This document shows positions 11,842-21,936 of a stretch of 32,000 nucleotides of DNA, in pieces. Every line of letters begins with the position of its first letter. Positions within the stretch are counted from its first letter, which is position 1. A model generated the notes under the pieces. That model saw nothing but the letters and a program-made list of their open reading frames with translations, was not told the origin of the DNA and made no database searches. Origin of the DNA: Psychrobacter sp. DM4 (lineage in GTDB: Bacteria > Pseudomonadota > Gammaproteobacteria > Pseudomonadales > Moraxellaceae). The stretch lies in NCBI RefSeq assembly GCF_051307035.1, contig NZ_CP195536.1, positions 2,070,001-2,102,000 on the forward strand, in the 5' to 3' direction. Made by a program: the position numbers and the translations under genes.

Positions 11842-12942
11842 CTAGAACAAGTACTGTAGACCGCCACCGATAGCGAATACGTCAGTATCACCGCGTACAG
11901 CCACCATATTATCGTCATTATCATTATCGTTATCAATAATTGCGAAATTATCTAAATCCGCAGAGTTCTGACCGATATAGGCATGAGCAAGCATGTTGTC
12001 TTTAAAGCTGTATGTGCCGCCTAGTACGAGTTGGTCTGTGTCGTTGCCATTCACGCCACCTAAGTTTTCTACAGTGTCATACTGAAGATAAACAGAAGCT
12101 GGGCGAGCAAAGTTCGTCAGACCCATCTTAGCAGTAAGAACTAATGCGTCTTCTTCATCACCGCCATCAAAGTCAGCTTGTTGATACAAAGCACCTACCG
12201 TTACAGGGTAAGCCACATAATTACTTAGATCGACACTAGCAGTACCACGGATGATATCACCATCGATAGACATATCTGACTCATAAGCAACACCAGCTGT
12301 GAAGCCTGCGCCTGGATCAAACATCAATGAGGCAGCATAACCTTCATCGCCACTGTCGTTTTCATCAGCGCCGTAATGTAGTGCAAGTGCTAATGGTAGA
12401 CCATTATAAGTAGGAGCAATCCATACTGCTGAGTTGTTGACACGACCACCATCAGTAAGGCTCAAAGCACCACTGTAGCTACCATCGTCATTTAGGCTGC
12501 TAGCACCAATGTTGTCCCAGTACCCTTTGTTAACGGTTACGTTATTGACGTAATCGATAACGGAGTAGTTGCGACCAAAACGAAATTCACCGTATTGTTT
12601 GTTCGCCAGACCGAGGTAAGTATCACGGCTTTTAAAAGCGATGTTGTCACTGCCAGTATCATCAATGTTAATGCCATACTCTAACTGATAAACAACATCA
12701 GTATTAGCAGTCATCGCTTCAGAACCTTTGAAGCCGAGTTTTGAGGTATTTGAGTTAATTTGTACGGTACTGCTGTCTTCATTGCCACGAAAATCAGGGT
12801 TATCTAAGTCAATTGATTGACCATCAACTTCGACGTCAACATAGTCAGCAGTAAGAAATGCTGTGCCGTATAGTTGTGGTGCGGCATTGGCAGCAGAAAC
12901 AGAGAGAGCAGCGATTGCTGTAGCTAGAAGTAACTTTTTCAC
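11842..12942 (-). CDS. Outer-membrane general porin (paralog 2)
   Basis: GTG start preceded by TGGAGAT. It has the signal peptide MKKLLLATAIAALSVSAANA-AP and the C-terminal GGGLQYLF. Confidence 0.88.
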   Translation of the reverse strand: MKKLLLATAIAALSVSAANAAPQLYGTAFLTADYVDVEVDGQSIDLDNPDFRGNEDSSTVQINSNTSKLGFKGSEAMTANTDVVYQLEYGINIDDTGSDNIAFKSRDTYLGLANKQYGEFRFGRNYSVIDYVNNVTVNKGYWDNIGASSLNDDGSYSGALSLTDGGRVNNSAVWIAPTYNGLPLALALHYGADENDSGDEGYAASLMFDPGAGFTAGVAYESDMSIDGDIIRGTASVDLSNYVAYPVTVGALYQQADFDGGDEEDALVLTAKMGLTNFARPASVYLQYDTVENLGGVNGNDTDQLVLGGTYSFKDNMLAHAYIGQNSADLDNFAIIDNDNDNDDNMVAVRGDTDVFAIGGGLQYLF

Positions 12943-13396
12943 GGGATATCTCCAATTTACAATTTTAATGATGAGCGCGCTATTATTAGCTGATGCTCAT
13001 AATGGTATCGTCACAAATCCCCAAAGATATAATGTGTAACTGGCTACCGGGATTAGTCAGAAAAAAGTGTGATAAGGTATTGTTACTTTAAAAAACCTAA
13101 ACTAACACGACGGGGATTGGAAATTGAACACTCGTGTAAATCTATCTTAGGTAATTTATTGCGTAACATTCGTTACCAAACTCATACTTCGGCTATAAGC
13201 ATAACAACTTTGACATAATTTGCAACATCTTTTTGACTTATTTGTTTTTGCTATATATCAAAAATTCCTTATAGACTATGGTGTGCATGGCCTACAAATG
13301 CTGAAATAAAATTTGCGCTATAACATGGTACTTCTAATCTTGCTTGACGATAGTATCTGTACTTGATTTATCAGTGAAGCTAAAGCTTTAGCATAT

Positions 13397-13429
13397 AAAA
13401 AAACGCCGCTTGTCATAAGACAAGTGGCG
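13397..13429 (-). terminator. Rho-independent terminator after glcB
   Basis: An 11-bp GC-rich stem (CGCCACTTGTC / GACAAGCGGCG, one mismatch) followed by T7 on the minus strand. Confidence 0.7.
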
Positions 13430-13464
13430 CTAGTTTACAAAGTTGTCTAAAAATTTCTATCAAA

Positions 13465-15663
13465 TTAGCCATTAGCTTTTAGATCAAGACGCGCTTGATG
13501 CAACAATGGCTCAGTATAGCCACTAGGCTGCTCGCGACCTTTGAATACCAGATCACATGCCGCTTTGAATGCATAAGAGTTGTCGAAATCACTTGCCATA
13601 GGCTGATAGTCACTATCATCAGCATTTTGCTCATCAACGACTTTTGCCATACGCTTCATCGTCTCCATAACCTGCTCTTCGCTCACCACATTGTGATGGA
13701 GCCAGTTGGCGATGTGCTGGCTTGAGATACGCAAGGTTGCACGATCCTCCATGAGACCTACATCATTGATATCGGGTACTTTTGAGCAGCCGACGCCTTG
13801 GTTTACCCAGCGTACCACGTAGCCCAAAATGCCCTGAGCATTGTTATCAAGCTCGTTTTGTATCGCTTCATCGCTCCAATCAGTGTTGGCGGCGAGTGGA
13901 ATAGTCAAGATGTCATCTAAGCTGGCACGCTCACGTGATTTTAGCTCGTCTTGCACGTCCGCGACATTCACTTGATGATAGTGCATAGCGTGCAAGGTTG
14001 CACCTGTTGGTGATGGTACCCAAGCCGTGCTAGCTCCCGATTTTGGATGAGCCGCCTTGGTCTCCATCATCTCTCTCATTTCATCAGGTTTTGCCCACAT
14101 ACCTTTACCGATTTGAGCATGACCTTGCAAGCCAACTTCAAGGCCGATATCGACGTTCCACTGCTCGTAGGCGGGCTGCCATGCTTGCGACTTCATATCG
14201 CCTTTAGGGACGAACGCGCCTGCATTCATACTGGTATGCATCTCATCGCCCGTGCGATCCAAGAAACCGGTATTGATAAAGATAACGCGCTCTTTGGCCT
14301 CTCGAATGGCTTCTTTTAGATTGACCGTCATGCGGCGCTCTTCATCCATAATGCCAATTTTGAGTGTATGGCGCTCAAGACCCAATAAATCCTCTGAGGC
14401 ATTGAACAAGTCGTTGGCCATCTTGACTTCATCAGGGCCGTGCATCTTCGGTTTGACGATGTACATCGAACCCTTGCGTGAGTTTGATAGCTCACTTTTA
14501 CCTTTTAGATCATTTAAAGACAATAGGGGCGTAATCAAGCCATCCATGAGACCCTCAAAGATCTCCTCTTGACCATTACCCAGATCAACTAAAATAGCTG
14601 GATTCTGCATCAGATGACCGACGTTACGAATGAGCAGTAACGAGCGACCTGGCAAAATCAGTTTGCCGCCATCTATCGTCGTGTATTCGCGATCTGGATT
14701 TTGTTTACGAGTGCGTGTCTTGCCACCTTTCTCAAAGGTCTCTTGCAAATCGCCATTCATCAGGCCTAACCAGTTACGATAGACTTCGACTTTTTCTTCG
14801 GCGTCTACGGCAGCGATTGAATCTTCACAATCTTGGATAGCGGTAATCGCTGACTCTAGTAGAACGTCTTTAATATTGGCAGGATCATCTTTGCCTACTG
14901 GATGAGCGGCGTCAATCTGAATCTCTGCATGTAAATTGTTATTCTTAAGCAAGATACCTGTTGGACTATCAGCATCACCGATAAACCCGACAAATTTAGC
15001 GGAATCTTGTAGTTGAGTGCTGCTCTCGCTTTGAGCGATCTCAAGCGTACCGTCAACGACTCTAAAGCCAGTCACATCTGTATAAGAGCCTGATGCTAAT
15101 GCAAAACTCTCATCTAAGAAGTTTTTGGCGTAGGCGACAACCGCAGCACCGCGAGTCGGATTGTAGCCGCCAGTCGCTTCTTGACCGTTGTCATCACTAA
15201 TGACGTCAGTACCGTATAGAGCATCGTACAAGCTGCCCCAGCGCGCGTTAGTCGCGTTTAGTGCATAGCGCGCGTTACGTACGGGTACGACCAACTGCGG
15301 TCCTGCAATATGTGCAATCTCATCATCGACGTTTTGAGTGCTGACTTTGAAGTTTTCACTTTCTGGTAAAAGGTATCCAATCTCTTGCAAGAATTGCTTG
15401 TAAGCTGCAGTATCGATCTTGCCGCTTTTGGTAGGATTATCTAGATGCCACTGATCGATCTTCTTTTGCATCTTTTCACGAGTAGCCAGTAGCGCTTTGT
15501 TACGTGGAGTGAATTCTTTGATAACCTTCTCAAACCCTGACCAATAGCTGTCTGAGTCAACACCAACTTTGGGTAGGACTTCATTTTCGATAAAGTCATA
15601 CAGCTTTTGGTCAATAGCAAGAATTCCTTTTTGGATACGATTGGTTTGAGAATGCTGACTCAT
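13465..15663 (-). CDS. glcB: Malate synthase G
   Basis: 732 aa, of malate synthase G length and pattern throughout. AAGGA lies 7 nt before the ATG. Confidence 0.95.
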   Translation of the reverse strand: MSQHSQTNRIQKGILAIDQKLYDFIENEVLPKVGVDSDSYWSGFEKVIKEFTPRNKALLATREKMQKKIDQWHLDNPTKSGKIDTAAYKQFLQEIGYLLPESENFKVSTQNVDDEIAHIAGPQLVVPVRNARYALNATNARWGSLYDALYGTDVISDDNGQEATGGYNPTRGAAVVAYAKNFLDESFALASGSYTDVTGFRVVDGTLEIAQSESSTQLQDSAKFVGFIGDADSPTGILLKNNNLHAEIQIDAAHPVGKDDPANIKDVLLESAITAIQDCEDSIAAVDAEEKVEVYRNWLGLMNGDLQETFEKGGKTRTRKQNPDREYTTIDGGKLILPGRSLLLIRNVGHLMQNPAILVDLGNGQEEIFEGLMDGLITPLLSLNDLKGKSELSNSRKGSMYIVKPKMHGPDEVKMANDLFNASEDLLGLERHTLKIGIMDEERRMTVNLKEAIREAKERVIFINTGFLDRTGDEMHTSMNAGAFVPKGDMKSQAWQPAYEQWNVDIGLEVGLQGHAQIGKGMWAKPDEMREMMETKAAHPKSGASTAWVPSPTGATLHAMHYHQVNVADVQDELKSRERASLDDILTIPLAANTDWSDEAIQNELDNNAQGILGYVVRWVNQGVGCSKVPDINDVGLMEDRATLRISSQHIANWLHHNVVSEEQVMETMKRMAKVVDEQNADDSDYQPMASDFDNSYAFKAACDLVFKGREQPSGYTEPLLHQARLDLKANG

Positions 15664-16056
15664 ACAGATGTCCTTTTATTTTGGTAATCATTATAAATGT
15701 TAAGTGATTGATTAAACGCTTATATAAACAGTCGTCTTTGATTCCCTATAGTAGGGTGCTTAGCGATTAACAGTAAGGGATTTAGATATATATTTGATAG
15801 TAAGATATCTTGCCTACAAAGCAAAATATTATCCTACTATCAAATAAAGAAATAAACAAGGATATGCTATTTCTTGGCTAAATGTTGGTACTGTATCATA
15901 GTGATACCCTATATCTTATCAGGCTTTGACAGCCGTAATGTCATATGCCTATCAAACGACTAGGCAGTAAAGTTAAACTGTAAGCATTCATTTCAATGCA
16001 ATTTGACTTTAAAATCTGCCTAATAACGGTGCACTTGATACAATTAGTGATAAAGA

Positions 16057-16803
16057 ATGAAGTATTACCATAGGGAGAGCCTTAACACTATGAACACAGA
16101 GCAAACAGATAAAATAAAAATCAGCGATAAGCTACAAACCCAAAACTTTTTAAAGAGCAGAGATGATGATATTAACAAACAACTGAATGCTACTTCTAGT
16201 ATAGACCTGACTGCTGTTTATGAGTTCTTAGGCATGCGCACTTCGCAAGCTTGGATCAGTGCGGCAACAAATAATCTACCACTAATTATTCAAGATCATG
16301 CCAATTGCGAAAAAAAGGCCGCAGGTACGGCAATGAACCTCATCTTTCGCTATGAGTTTGCGTATGATCTACAGTGCAAATTGGCTCAGTTGATACGTGA
16401 AGAGATGCTACATTACGAGCAAGTATTGAATATTATGAAAGAGCGTGGACAAGATTGGATGCATTTAGGTGCGGGGCGTTATGCCAAAGGCATGCTAACG
16501 CATAAACGTACCTTTGAGCCTGCGGCTATGATAGATGTCCTTATCATCGGCGCTTTTATCGAAGCGCGTTCTTGTGAGCGTTTTGCGGCGCTGAGTGAGG
16601 TTATAGACGATCCGCGCTTGGCTAAGTACTATCGTTATCTACTCAAGTCTGAGAGCCGTCATTTCGAGGATTATTTAGCACTGGCGCAGTCGCTATCTGA
16701 CGAGTGTATCGATGAGCGCGTTGCCTTTTTTAAGGTCGTAGAGAGCGACCTGATATCCACTCCGGATAAAGAGTTACGTTTTCATAGCGGCATACCTATA
16801 TAA
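16057..16803 (+). CDS. miaE: tRNA-(ms2io6A37)-hydroxylase MiaE (di-iron)
   Basis: DHANCEKKAAGTAM, EEMLHYEQV, FIEARSCERF and SESRHFEDY are the ferritin-like di-iron E/ExxH motifs of MiaE. The start is uncertain. The ATG at 16090 has a GGGAGAG run upstream (16074-16080). Confidence 0.85.
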   Translation: MKYYHRESLNTMNTEQTDKIKISDKLQTQNFLKSRDDDINKQLNATSSIDLTAVYEFLGMRTSQAWISAATNNLPLIIQDHANCEKKAAGTAMNLIFRYEFAYDLQCKLAQLIREEMLHYEQVLNIMKERGQDWMHLGAGRYAKGMLTHKRTFEPAAMIDVLIIGAFIEARSCERFAALSEVIDDPRLAKYYRYLLKSESRHFEDYLALAQSLSDECIDERVAFFKVVESDLISTPDKELRFHSGIPI

Positions 16804-16822
16804 GTCTTTTATCTTTATACCC

Positions 16823-16859
16823 AAAAAAGCAGTCACTGACTGTCAGTCACTGCTTTTTT
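16823..16859. terminator. Bidirectional terminator between miaE (+) and the small-protein array (-)
   Basis: GCAGTCACTGAC / GTCAGTCACTGC stem (one mismatch), flanked by A6 on the left and T6 on the right. Confidence 0.8.
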
Positions 16860-16920
16860 AGTTTTACTCAAAGTGATTGATATTAGTACTCATGCTAGCA
16901 CTATAATTAGGCTACTAGTC

Positions 16921-17124
16921 TCACTTTTTGGACTCAGTAACGCTGCTATCATACTGTCCATTATCTTTAGCTATATTGTGCGGATCATGGTCATCAGTCG
17001 CGCGTTCAGCGGCGGCTGGATTGACTTTTTGCAAAGCGTCATCTGGCACGATACCTTTATTGTTATTGGCATCTTTTAGCTTGTAGTCAATATTATCATC
17101 TTGCGTGTTTTTTGGTGTACTCAT
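16921..17124 (-). CDS. Small hydrophilic, probably disordered protein (67 aa), array member 1
   Basis: AGGAG lies 6 nt before the ATG. The composition is D/N/K/A-rich with no Cys or Trp and no hydrophobic core. It carries the motif DPHNIAKDN. Confidence 0.65.
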   Translation of the reverse strand: MSTPKNTQDDNIDYKLKDANNNKGIVPDDALQKVNPAAAERATDDHDPHNIAKDNGQYDSSVTESKK

Positions 17125-17187
17125 AGCCTACTCCTAATAAAATCGATTGTTAGACCTTTTTTCGATAGTACTTGTGAACCGCTGCGA

Positions 17188-17568
17188 TTAGTCTTCTTCA
17201 TCAGGTGTCAAAGTACGGGTTTGTGCGTTGTTGACAGTAGCATATCGATTATTATCAGTGATTTCACGACTTTGGGGTGCTTCACTTCCAACGGTCTCTT
17301 CATTGATATTGTCATCAAAAGCCGTACTACCTTGCTGATCACGGCGATCAGGCTGACGCGCTGGGTTATCACCATCATTGACATGTTTACTATCTACAAC
17401 ATCATTATTAAAGGTCTGAGTACCTTTATTCACTCTAGTATTGTCTTCGATTTCGTCGTGGTTGTTTGATGCCAAATTATGCGCATCATCATTTACGATA
17501 GTAGCGCCGCCTTCTCTCTCGGTATTGTCTATACGGGTCTTGCTTAAAGCTGGATCGTTAGTATTCAT
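17188..17568 (-). CDS. Small hydrophilic, probably disordered protein (126 aa), array member 2
   Basis: AAGGGAT lies 6 nt before the ATG. It is strongly D/N/E/T/R-rich and carries the motif DAHNLASNN. Confidence 0.65.
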   Translation of the reverse strand: MNTNDPALSKTRIDNTEREGGATIVNDDAHNLASNNHDEIEDNTRVNKGTQTFNNDVVDSKHVNDGDNPARQPDRRDQQGSTAFDDNINEETVGSEAPQSREITDNNRYATVNNAQTRTLTPDEED

Positions 17569-17609
17569 TGTTATATCCCTTGTTATTATTAAATATACTT
17601 ACCTAAGAT

Positions 17610-17885
17610 CTAAATATTATTATTTTGACTCAAGTCGTGAGCATTTAGATCTGCAATTTTTTTGCCACCTGCTGGTAGATTCTCTTCTTTGCGAGGATCT
17701 GAGTAGACCTCATCTGTTTCTTGAGAGGCTTGTTCTGGACCGTCTATCTTAGGATCGTGCTTGCGTCCTTCATAGCTGTCTTTTGGGTTGATAGCTTTTG
17801 GGTGAGTAGTGCTTCCCGCTACAGGATCGCTGACAGGAACTCTTTCTTCGTTGTTAGGATGTTCATTATTCGTTGGAGCAGTCAT
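17610..17885 (-). CDS. Small hydrophilic, probably disordered protein (91 aa), array member 3
   Basis: AGGAAA lies 5 nt before the ATG. It is P/E/D/K/N-rich and carries the motif NAHDLSQNN near the C-terminus. Confidence 0.65.
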   Translation of the reverse strand: MTAPTNNEHPNNEERVPVSDPVAGSTTHPKAINPKDSYEGRKHDPKIDGPEQASQETDEVYSDPRKEENLPAGGKKIADLNAHDLSQNNNI

Positions 17886-18061
17886 AGCATTTTCCTTGTA
17901 TGAGCACCGCTAGTATAAGTACTGTTTACATAGATATTAGTAATACTAGTATTAGTTACATAAGTATCAGATTATATGTTCATCGTAGATAGCTCAGCAT
18001 TGAGTGCCCAAGACGTCTACATGATATTAGAGATTTTGAGTGCTAACTTTATCAACCGTTA

Positions 18062-18226
18062 TTACTGATCAGTGCGTGCAGACTCATCAATAAATGGGGC
18101 TTGATTGTCCTCTAAATTTTTTGCTTGGTTATCTGATGGTTGATCATCGAGATTCTTTTTTATTTGATCAGCGTCAGCATTCTGTGCAGCATCTGTTACA
18201 TCCGAGGTTGTCTTATCGTTTTTCAT
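18062..18226 (-). CDS. Small hydrophilic protein (54 aa), array member 4; not in the supplied ORF track
   Basis: My own translation: MKNDKTTSDVTDAAQNADADQIKKNLDDQPSDNQAKNLEDNQAPFIDESARTDQ*. GGAG lies 8 nt before the ATG at 18226. It shares the strand and composition of the three ORFs downstream. Confidence 0.5.
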   Translation of the reverse strand: MKNDKTTSDVTDAAQNADADQIKKNLDDQPSDNQAKNLEDNQAPFIDESARTDQ

Positions 18227-18438
18227 GATGTGGCTCCAAGATTGTTATGATTGTCGTTTAGTATTAGTAAAATATTAGGCTTTGGTATAATCCTAAATAG
18301 AGCTAGGCTAAATCACAGTTAAGTATAAGTAGCTTGAGTATTATCATACCAGTACGCTGCGGTATTAAAATGTGAATAAATGTGATGCGACCAACGAGTT
18401 TGTAACTTTCAGGAACATTATAGTACGTACCTGTTTTG

Positions 18439-20646
18439 TCACACGGGCGCGCCCACACCATTAATAATCTTTAGTAGATGGTCTTGAGCGATATGTAATG
18501 GCTCGTCGTCTGTACGTTTGACTTTTTGCCACTGCCCTGTGCCGTTAAGCGTCCAAGCTTGTACGTTATCTTGTAAATAGTTTTGCAAACCATCTATATA
18601 TATTTGCTTGAACAACTTTTTGTCTTCAATTGGAAAGGCTACCTCAACACGGTTAAACAAGTTGCGATCCATCCAATCGGCACTAGCACAGTACAGACGC
18701 TTTTTGCCGTCATTATAAAAGTAATATACGCGCGTGTGCTCCAAAAAACGCCCGATGACAGAGCGTACTGTAATGTTCTCAGACAGACCTTTGACTTGCG
18801 GACGCAAACAGCACATAGAGCGCAAAATCAGCTCAATCTTGACCCCAGCTTGAGAGGCGTCGTAGAGCTTGTCTATCAGGCGACGCTCAGTTAAAGCATT
18901 TACCTTGATAATAATGTGCGCCCGCTTGCCCGCTTGTACATGAGCAATCTCGGCATCGATAAAATCCATGAGCTTGTCATGTAGCGTAAATGGCGCATGC
19001 AAAAGCTTTTTGAGAGTGGCAGGTTTACCCATGCCAGTCAGCTCTTGGAAGATTTTGTGCACATCCTCTGATATATCAGGATCGGCGCTAAATAGACCAT
19101 AGTCGGTATAGACCTTGGCGTTTGCCGCGTGATAATTGCCCGTTCCTAGATGAATATAGCGGCGAATTTTGTCGTCTTCACGGCGGACGATGAGCATGAG
19201 CTTGGCATGGGTCTTGTAGCCAACGATGCCATAGACGACGACCGCGCCTGCCTCTTGTAAGAAGTTGGCGACGGCGATGTTGGAGGCTTCATCAAAGCGC
19301 GCACGCAGTTCAATGACCGCAGTGACCTCTTTGCCATTGCGGGCCGCTGCTGCTAGCGCTTTGACGATTTCTGAATTGGTACCTGAGCGGTAGAGGGTTT
19401 GCTTGATGGCTAATACTTTGGGGTCACTAGCGGCTTGCCATAGCAGATTGACAATAGGCGCGAACGAATGAAAAGGATGGTGCACTAGTACGTCGCCTTT
19501 ACGCATAGCGGCGAACATACTGGTAGCTTTGTCGAGTTTATCGACCTCGCGGCGAAACGGCTTGGGCATAATGTGGGTAAAGGGCTGATAACGCAGCTTT
19601 GGAATATTAAAATCAAACAGCAAGCGCGTTAAGTTCACAGGACCATTGACGCGGTAGAGCTGATTGTCATGAAGCTCAAACTCATTGAGTAAATAATCAC
19701 TAATCGGCGTTGGGCAATCGGTTGTGACCTCTAAACGCACTTTGTCCCCAAAACGGCGGTTTTCAAGCTCGCCCTCTAATGCCTTTGCAATATCATCGAC
19801 ATCGTCTGCCAAATCCAAATCAGCGTTACGCGTCAGCCTAAACTGGTGACAACCGGTGACATTCATCCCCGGAAACAGCTCGCCGACGTGCTCATGAATA
19901 ATCGCTGAGAGCATGACATGATGCTCCTTGCCACCTGTGAGCTCATCAGGCAGACGAATCACTCGCGGTAAGCTACGCGGCGCAGGGACAATAGCCAAAT
20001 TAATATCGCGACCAAAAGCGTCTTTGCCTTCTAAGGTGGCAATAAAGTTTAGGCTTTTATTGACCAGGCGCGGGAACGGGTGCGCCGGATCAATGCTAAT
20101 CGGCGTGAGTACGGGCGAGACTTGCTCGGTAAAGTAGCGCTTCATCCATGCTGATTGCTCGCTATTTAGCTCATCGCGTTTGAGGTAGCGGATGTCCTCA
20201 AGGGCAAGAGCGGGCAAGATGTCTTCGTTTAGTATGCGGTACTGCTCATCGATAGCATCGTGCGCAACTGCGGATATCTCACCCAGCACCTCGCTTGGGC
20301 GCATACCGTAAGGGCTATTGACCACGTTGCCTAGATTGAGCTTTTGCATGATACCTGCGACGCGAATCTCAAAGAACTCGTCCATGTTCGATGAAAATAT
20401 AATTAAAAAGAACAAACGCTCAAGCAGTGGATGACGCGGATCGGCCGCTTGCGCGAGCACTCGTAAGTGAAACTGTAATAGGGACAAATCGCGATTGATG
20501 TAACTACTTGGTGAATAGCTACCATCTTCGGAGCGCTGCCAAGCTACTTCAGTTAAAGCCATCTTGGTCTGAGCGCTATCTGAGATAAGCTTATCATCGT
20601 GGTTAGTATCAAATGCTATGTGATGCGTTGCGTCAGCAGTGCTCAT
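18439..20646 (-). CDS. ppk: Polyphosphate kinase 1
   Basis: [16 protein letters not shown]...[13 protein letters not shown]-terminus, a PLD-like C-terminal HxK-type region (YKTHAKL), and 735 aa. AGGA lies 7 nt before the ATG. Confidence 0.95.
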   Translation of the reverse strand: MSTADATHHIAFDTNHDDKLISDSAQTKMALTEVAWQRSEDGSYSPSSYINRDLSLLQFHLRVLAQAADPRHPLLERLFFLIIFSSNMDEFFEIRVAGIMQKLNLGNVVNSPYGMRPSEVLGEISAVAHDAIDEQYRILNEDILPALALEDIRYLKRDELNSEQSAWMKRYFTEQVSPVLTPISIDPAHPFPRLVNKSLNFIATLEGKDAFGRDINLAIVPAPRSLPRVIRLPDELTGGKEHHVMLSAIIHEHVGELFPGMNVTGCHQFRLTRNADLDLADDVDDIAKALEGELENRRFGDKVRLEVTTDCPTPISDYLLNEFELHDNQLYRVNGPVNLTRLLFDFNIPKLRYQPFTHIMPKPFRREVDKLDKATSMFAAMRKGDVLVHHPFHSFAPIVNLLWQAASDPKVLAIKQTLYRSGTNSEIVKALAAAARNGKEVTAVIELRARFDEASNIAVANFLQEAGAVVVYGIVGYKTHAKLMLIVRREDDKIRRYIHLGTGNYHAANAKVYTDYGLFSADPDISEDVHKIFQELTGMGKPATLKKLLHAPFTLHDKLMDFIDAEIAHVQAGKRAHIIIKVNALTERRLIDKLYDASQAGVKIELILRSMCCLRPQVKGLSENITVRSVIGRFLEHTRVYYFYNDGKKRLYCASADWMDRNLFNRVEVAFPIEDKKLFKQIYIDGLQNYLQDNVQAWTLNGTGQWQKVKRTDDEPLHIAQDHLLKIINGVGAPV

Positions 20647-20686
20647 GGTGTCGTCCTCTATTGTTACCCTTAGTTATTACTCATCG

Positions 20687-21373
20687 TTAGGCAGCTTGCG
20701 GCAGAGCTGCATTTTTCATCCGTTTTTTGATAATGCGCTGCTTATTACGCAGGCGTTTGTCGCCTTTATTGTCCTGATAGTATTTGGGATTGGTCAGCAT
20801 ACCGATAAGCAGCGCCGACTCGTCGCGGTTGAGGTTGTCAGCAGATTTATCGAAATAATATTGCGCCGCTTCCTCTATACCGTAGATACCATTACCGAAC
20901 TCAGCGACATTGAGATAAGCCGCCAAAATTCGCCGCTTGTCCCAGATGGTTTCTATCATAACGGTAATGATCGCCTCCTCGCCTTTACGAATGTAGGAGC
21001 GATGCGATGTCAAAAATAGATTTTTGGCAAGCTGCTGGGTGATCGTTGAGCCGCCTGCGGACGCTTTGCCAGAGGCTTCATTTTTCTTCATGGCGACTTC
21101 GATACCTTCGAGATCAAAGCCATTGTGCTGCGTGAACTTTGAGTCTTCGCTGACAATAGCCGCTTGTTTGGCCGATTTGGCGATGTTGTCATACTCCACC
21201 CAAGTCTGCGTGACCTCGCCACCTGTCAGGCGATGCGTGAGCATGAACATGCTGTTATTAATGGGCTGGGTTTTCCATATCAGTAGCAAACCTGCGACCA
21301 ATACATGAAAAGCAACCACTAACAGCACAAAAGCCAATAGCATTTTTTTGATAACGTTGCCAAAACTTGTCAT
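20687..21373 (-). CDS. mtgA: Monofunctional biosynthetic peptidoglycan transglycosylase
   Basis: An N-terminal TM followed by GT51 motifs: EDSKFTQHNGFD, GGSTITQQLAKN, RKGEEA. Confidence 0.93.
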   Translation of the reverse strand: MTSFGNVIKKMLLAFVLLVVAFHVLVAGLLLIWKTQPINNSMFMLTHRLTGGEVTQTWVEYDNIAKSAKQAAIVSEDSKFTQHNGFDLEGIEVAMKKNEASGKASAGGSTITQQLAKNLFLTSHRSYIRKGEEAIITVMIETIWDKRRILAAYLNVAEFGNGIYGIEEAAQYYFDKSADNLNRDESALLIGMLTNPKYYQDNKGDKRLRNKQRIIKKRMKNAALPQAA

Positions 21374-21577
21374 GCTCTAATATCCAAATAATTAAAAGTA
21401 TTGAAAGTAATAAAAAAAGAGGCGCTAATCAAAACTAGCAAGCTATCTTACCTAATTGGGCAATCGCTGTCATTATTGCTGCGATTTCTTTATCATATAG
21501 TAATAGAATAGTGGCATTAAGCTATGGCTTTGAGGCTTCAAAGCTTAGTATTAAATAGTTAAAGTAAGAGTGTGTAT

Positions 21578-21931
21578 ATGAATACAGACATAGTGGGTTT
21601 TGAGCCTAGCAAACATGAACCTGGTGGCATAGAACCGTCAGTAGCAGAACTTCGCACCTCTATTATGACAGTGCTACCCCACTTATATAAAAATAATAGC
21701 GAGGCTTGGTGGTTGTTGGGTACGTCTCACTGTCATCTATGTGAAGACGCCAAAGTACTGATGATACGCTTTTTGGCGGTGCAGCCTATCGACTACTCTG
21801 ATGTTGATATTGCCGACTTCGATGACACATTAATGATGCAATTTGCGACCACTATTCCTGTGCTATTGACACCTACGCGGCGTCTCAACTATCCGTTTTC
21901 GGTCATGGATTTGCAGCAATTACTATCTTAG
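21578..21931 (+). CDS. Glutaredoxin-like small protein (thioredoxin fold, DUF836-like)
   Basis: WWLLGTSHCHLCEDAKVLM contains a CxxC motif in the context typical of glutaredoxin-2-like or DUF836 proteins. The start is uncertain (GTG 21572, ATG 21578, or a later Met). Confidence 0.6.
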   Translation: MNTDIVGFEPSKHEPGGIEPSVAELRTSIMTVLPHLYKNNSEAWWLLGTSHCHLCEDAKVLMIRFLAVQPIDYSDVDIADFDDTLMMQFATTIPVLLTPTRRLNYPFSVMDLQQLLS

Positions 21932-21936
21932 TAATC

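Noticed and set aside
17606-17653. 10-bp inverted repeat AGATCTAAAT / ATTTAGATCT spanning the stop codon of array member 3
   Set aside because: It has a 28-nt loop, is AT-rich and has no U-tract. Part of the symmetry comes from the AGATCT palindrome itself. It is not convincing as a terminator or operator.
16873-17903. Four plus-strand ORFs (68, 122, 103 and 60 aa), very Ile/Val/Phe/Ser-rich, overlapping the hydrophilic array
   Set aside because: They are mirror images of GAT/AAT/GAA-rich minus-strand codons. They start at GTG or TTG without SD sequences and overlap each other. Every minus-strand ORF, by contrast, has a well-spaced SD and discrete intergenic gaps. I treat them as shadow ORFs, although only expression data can settle it.
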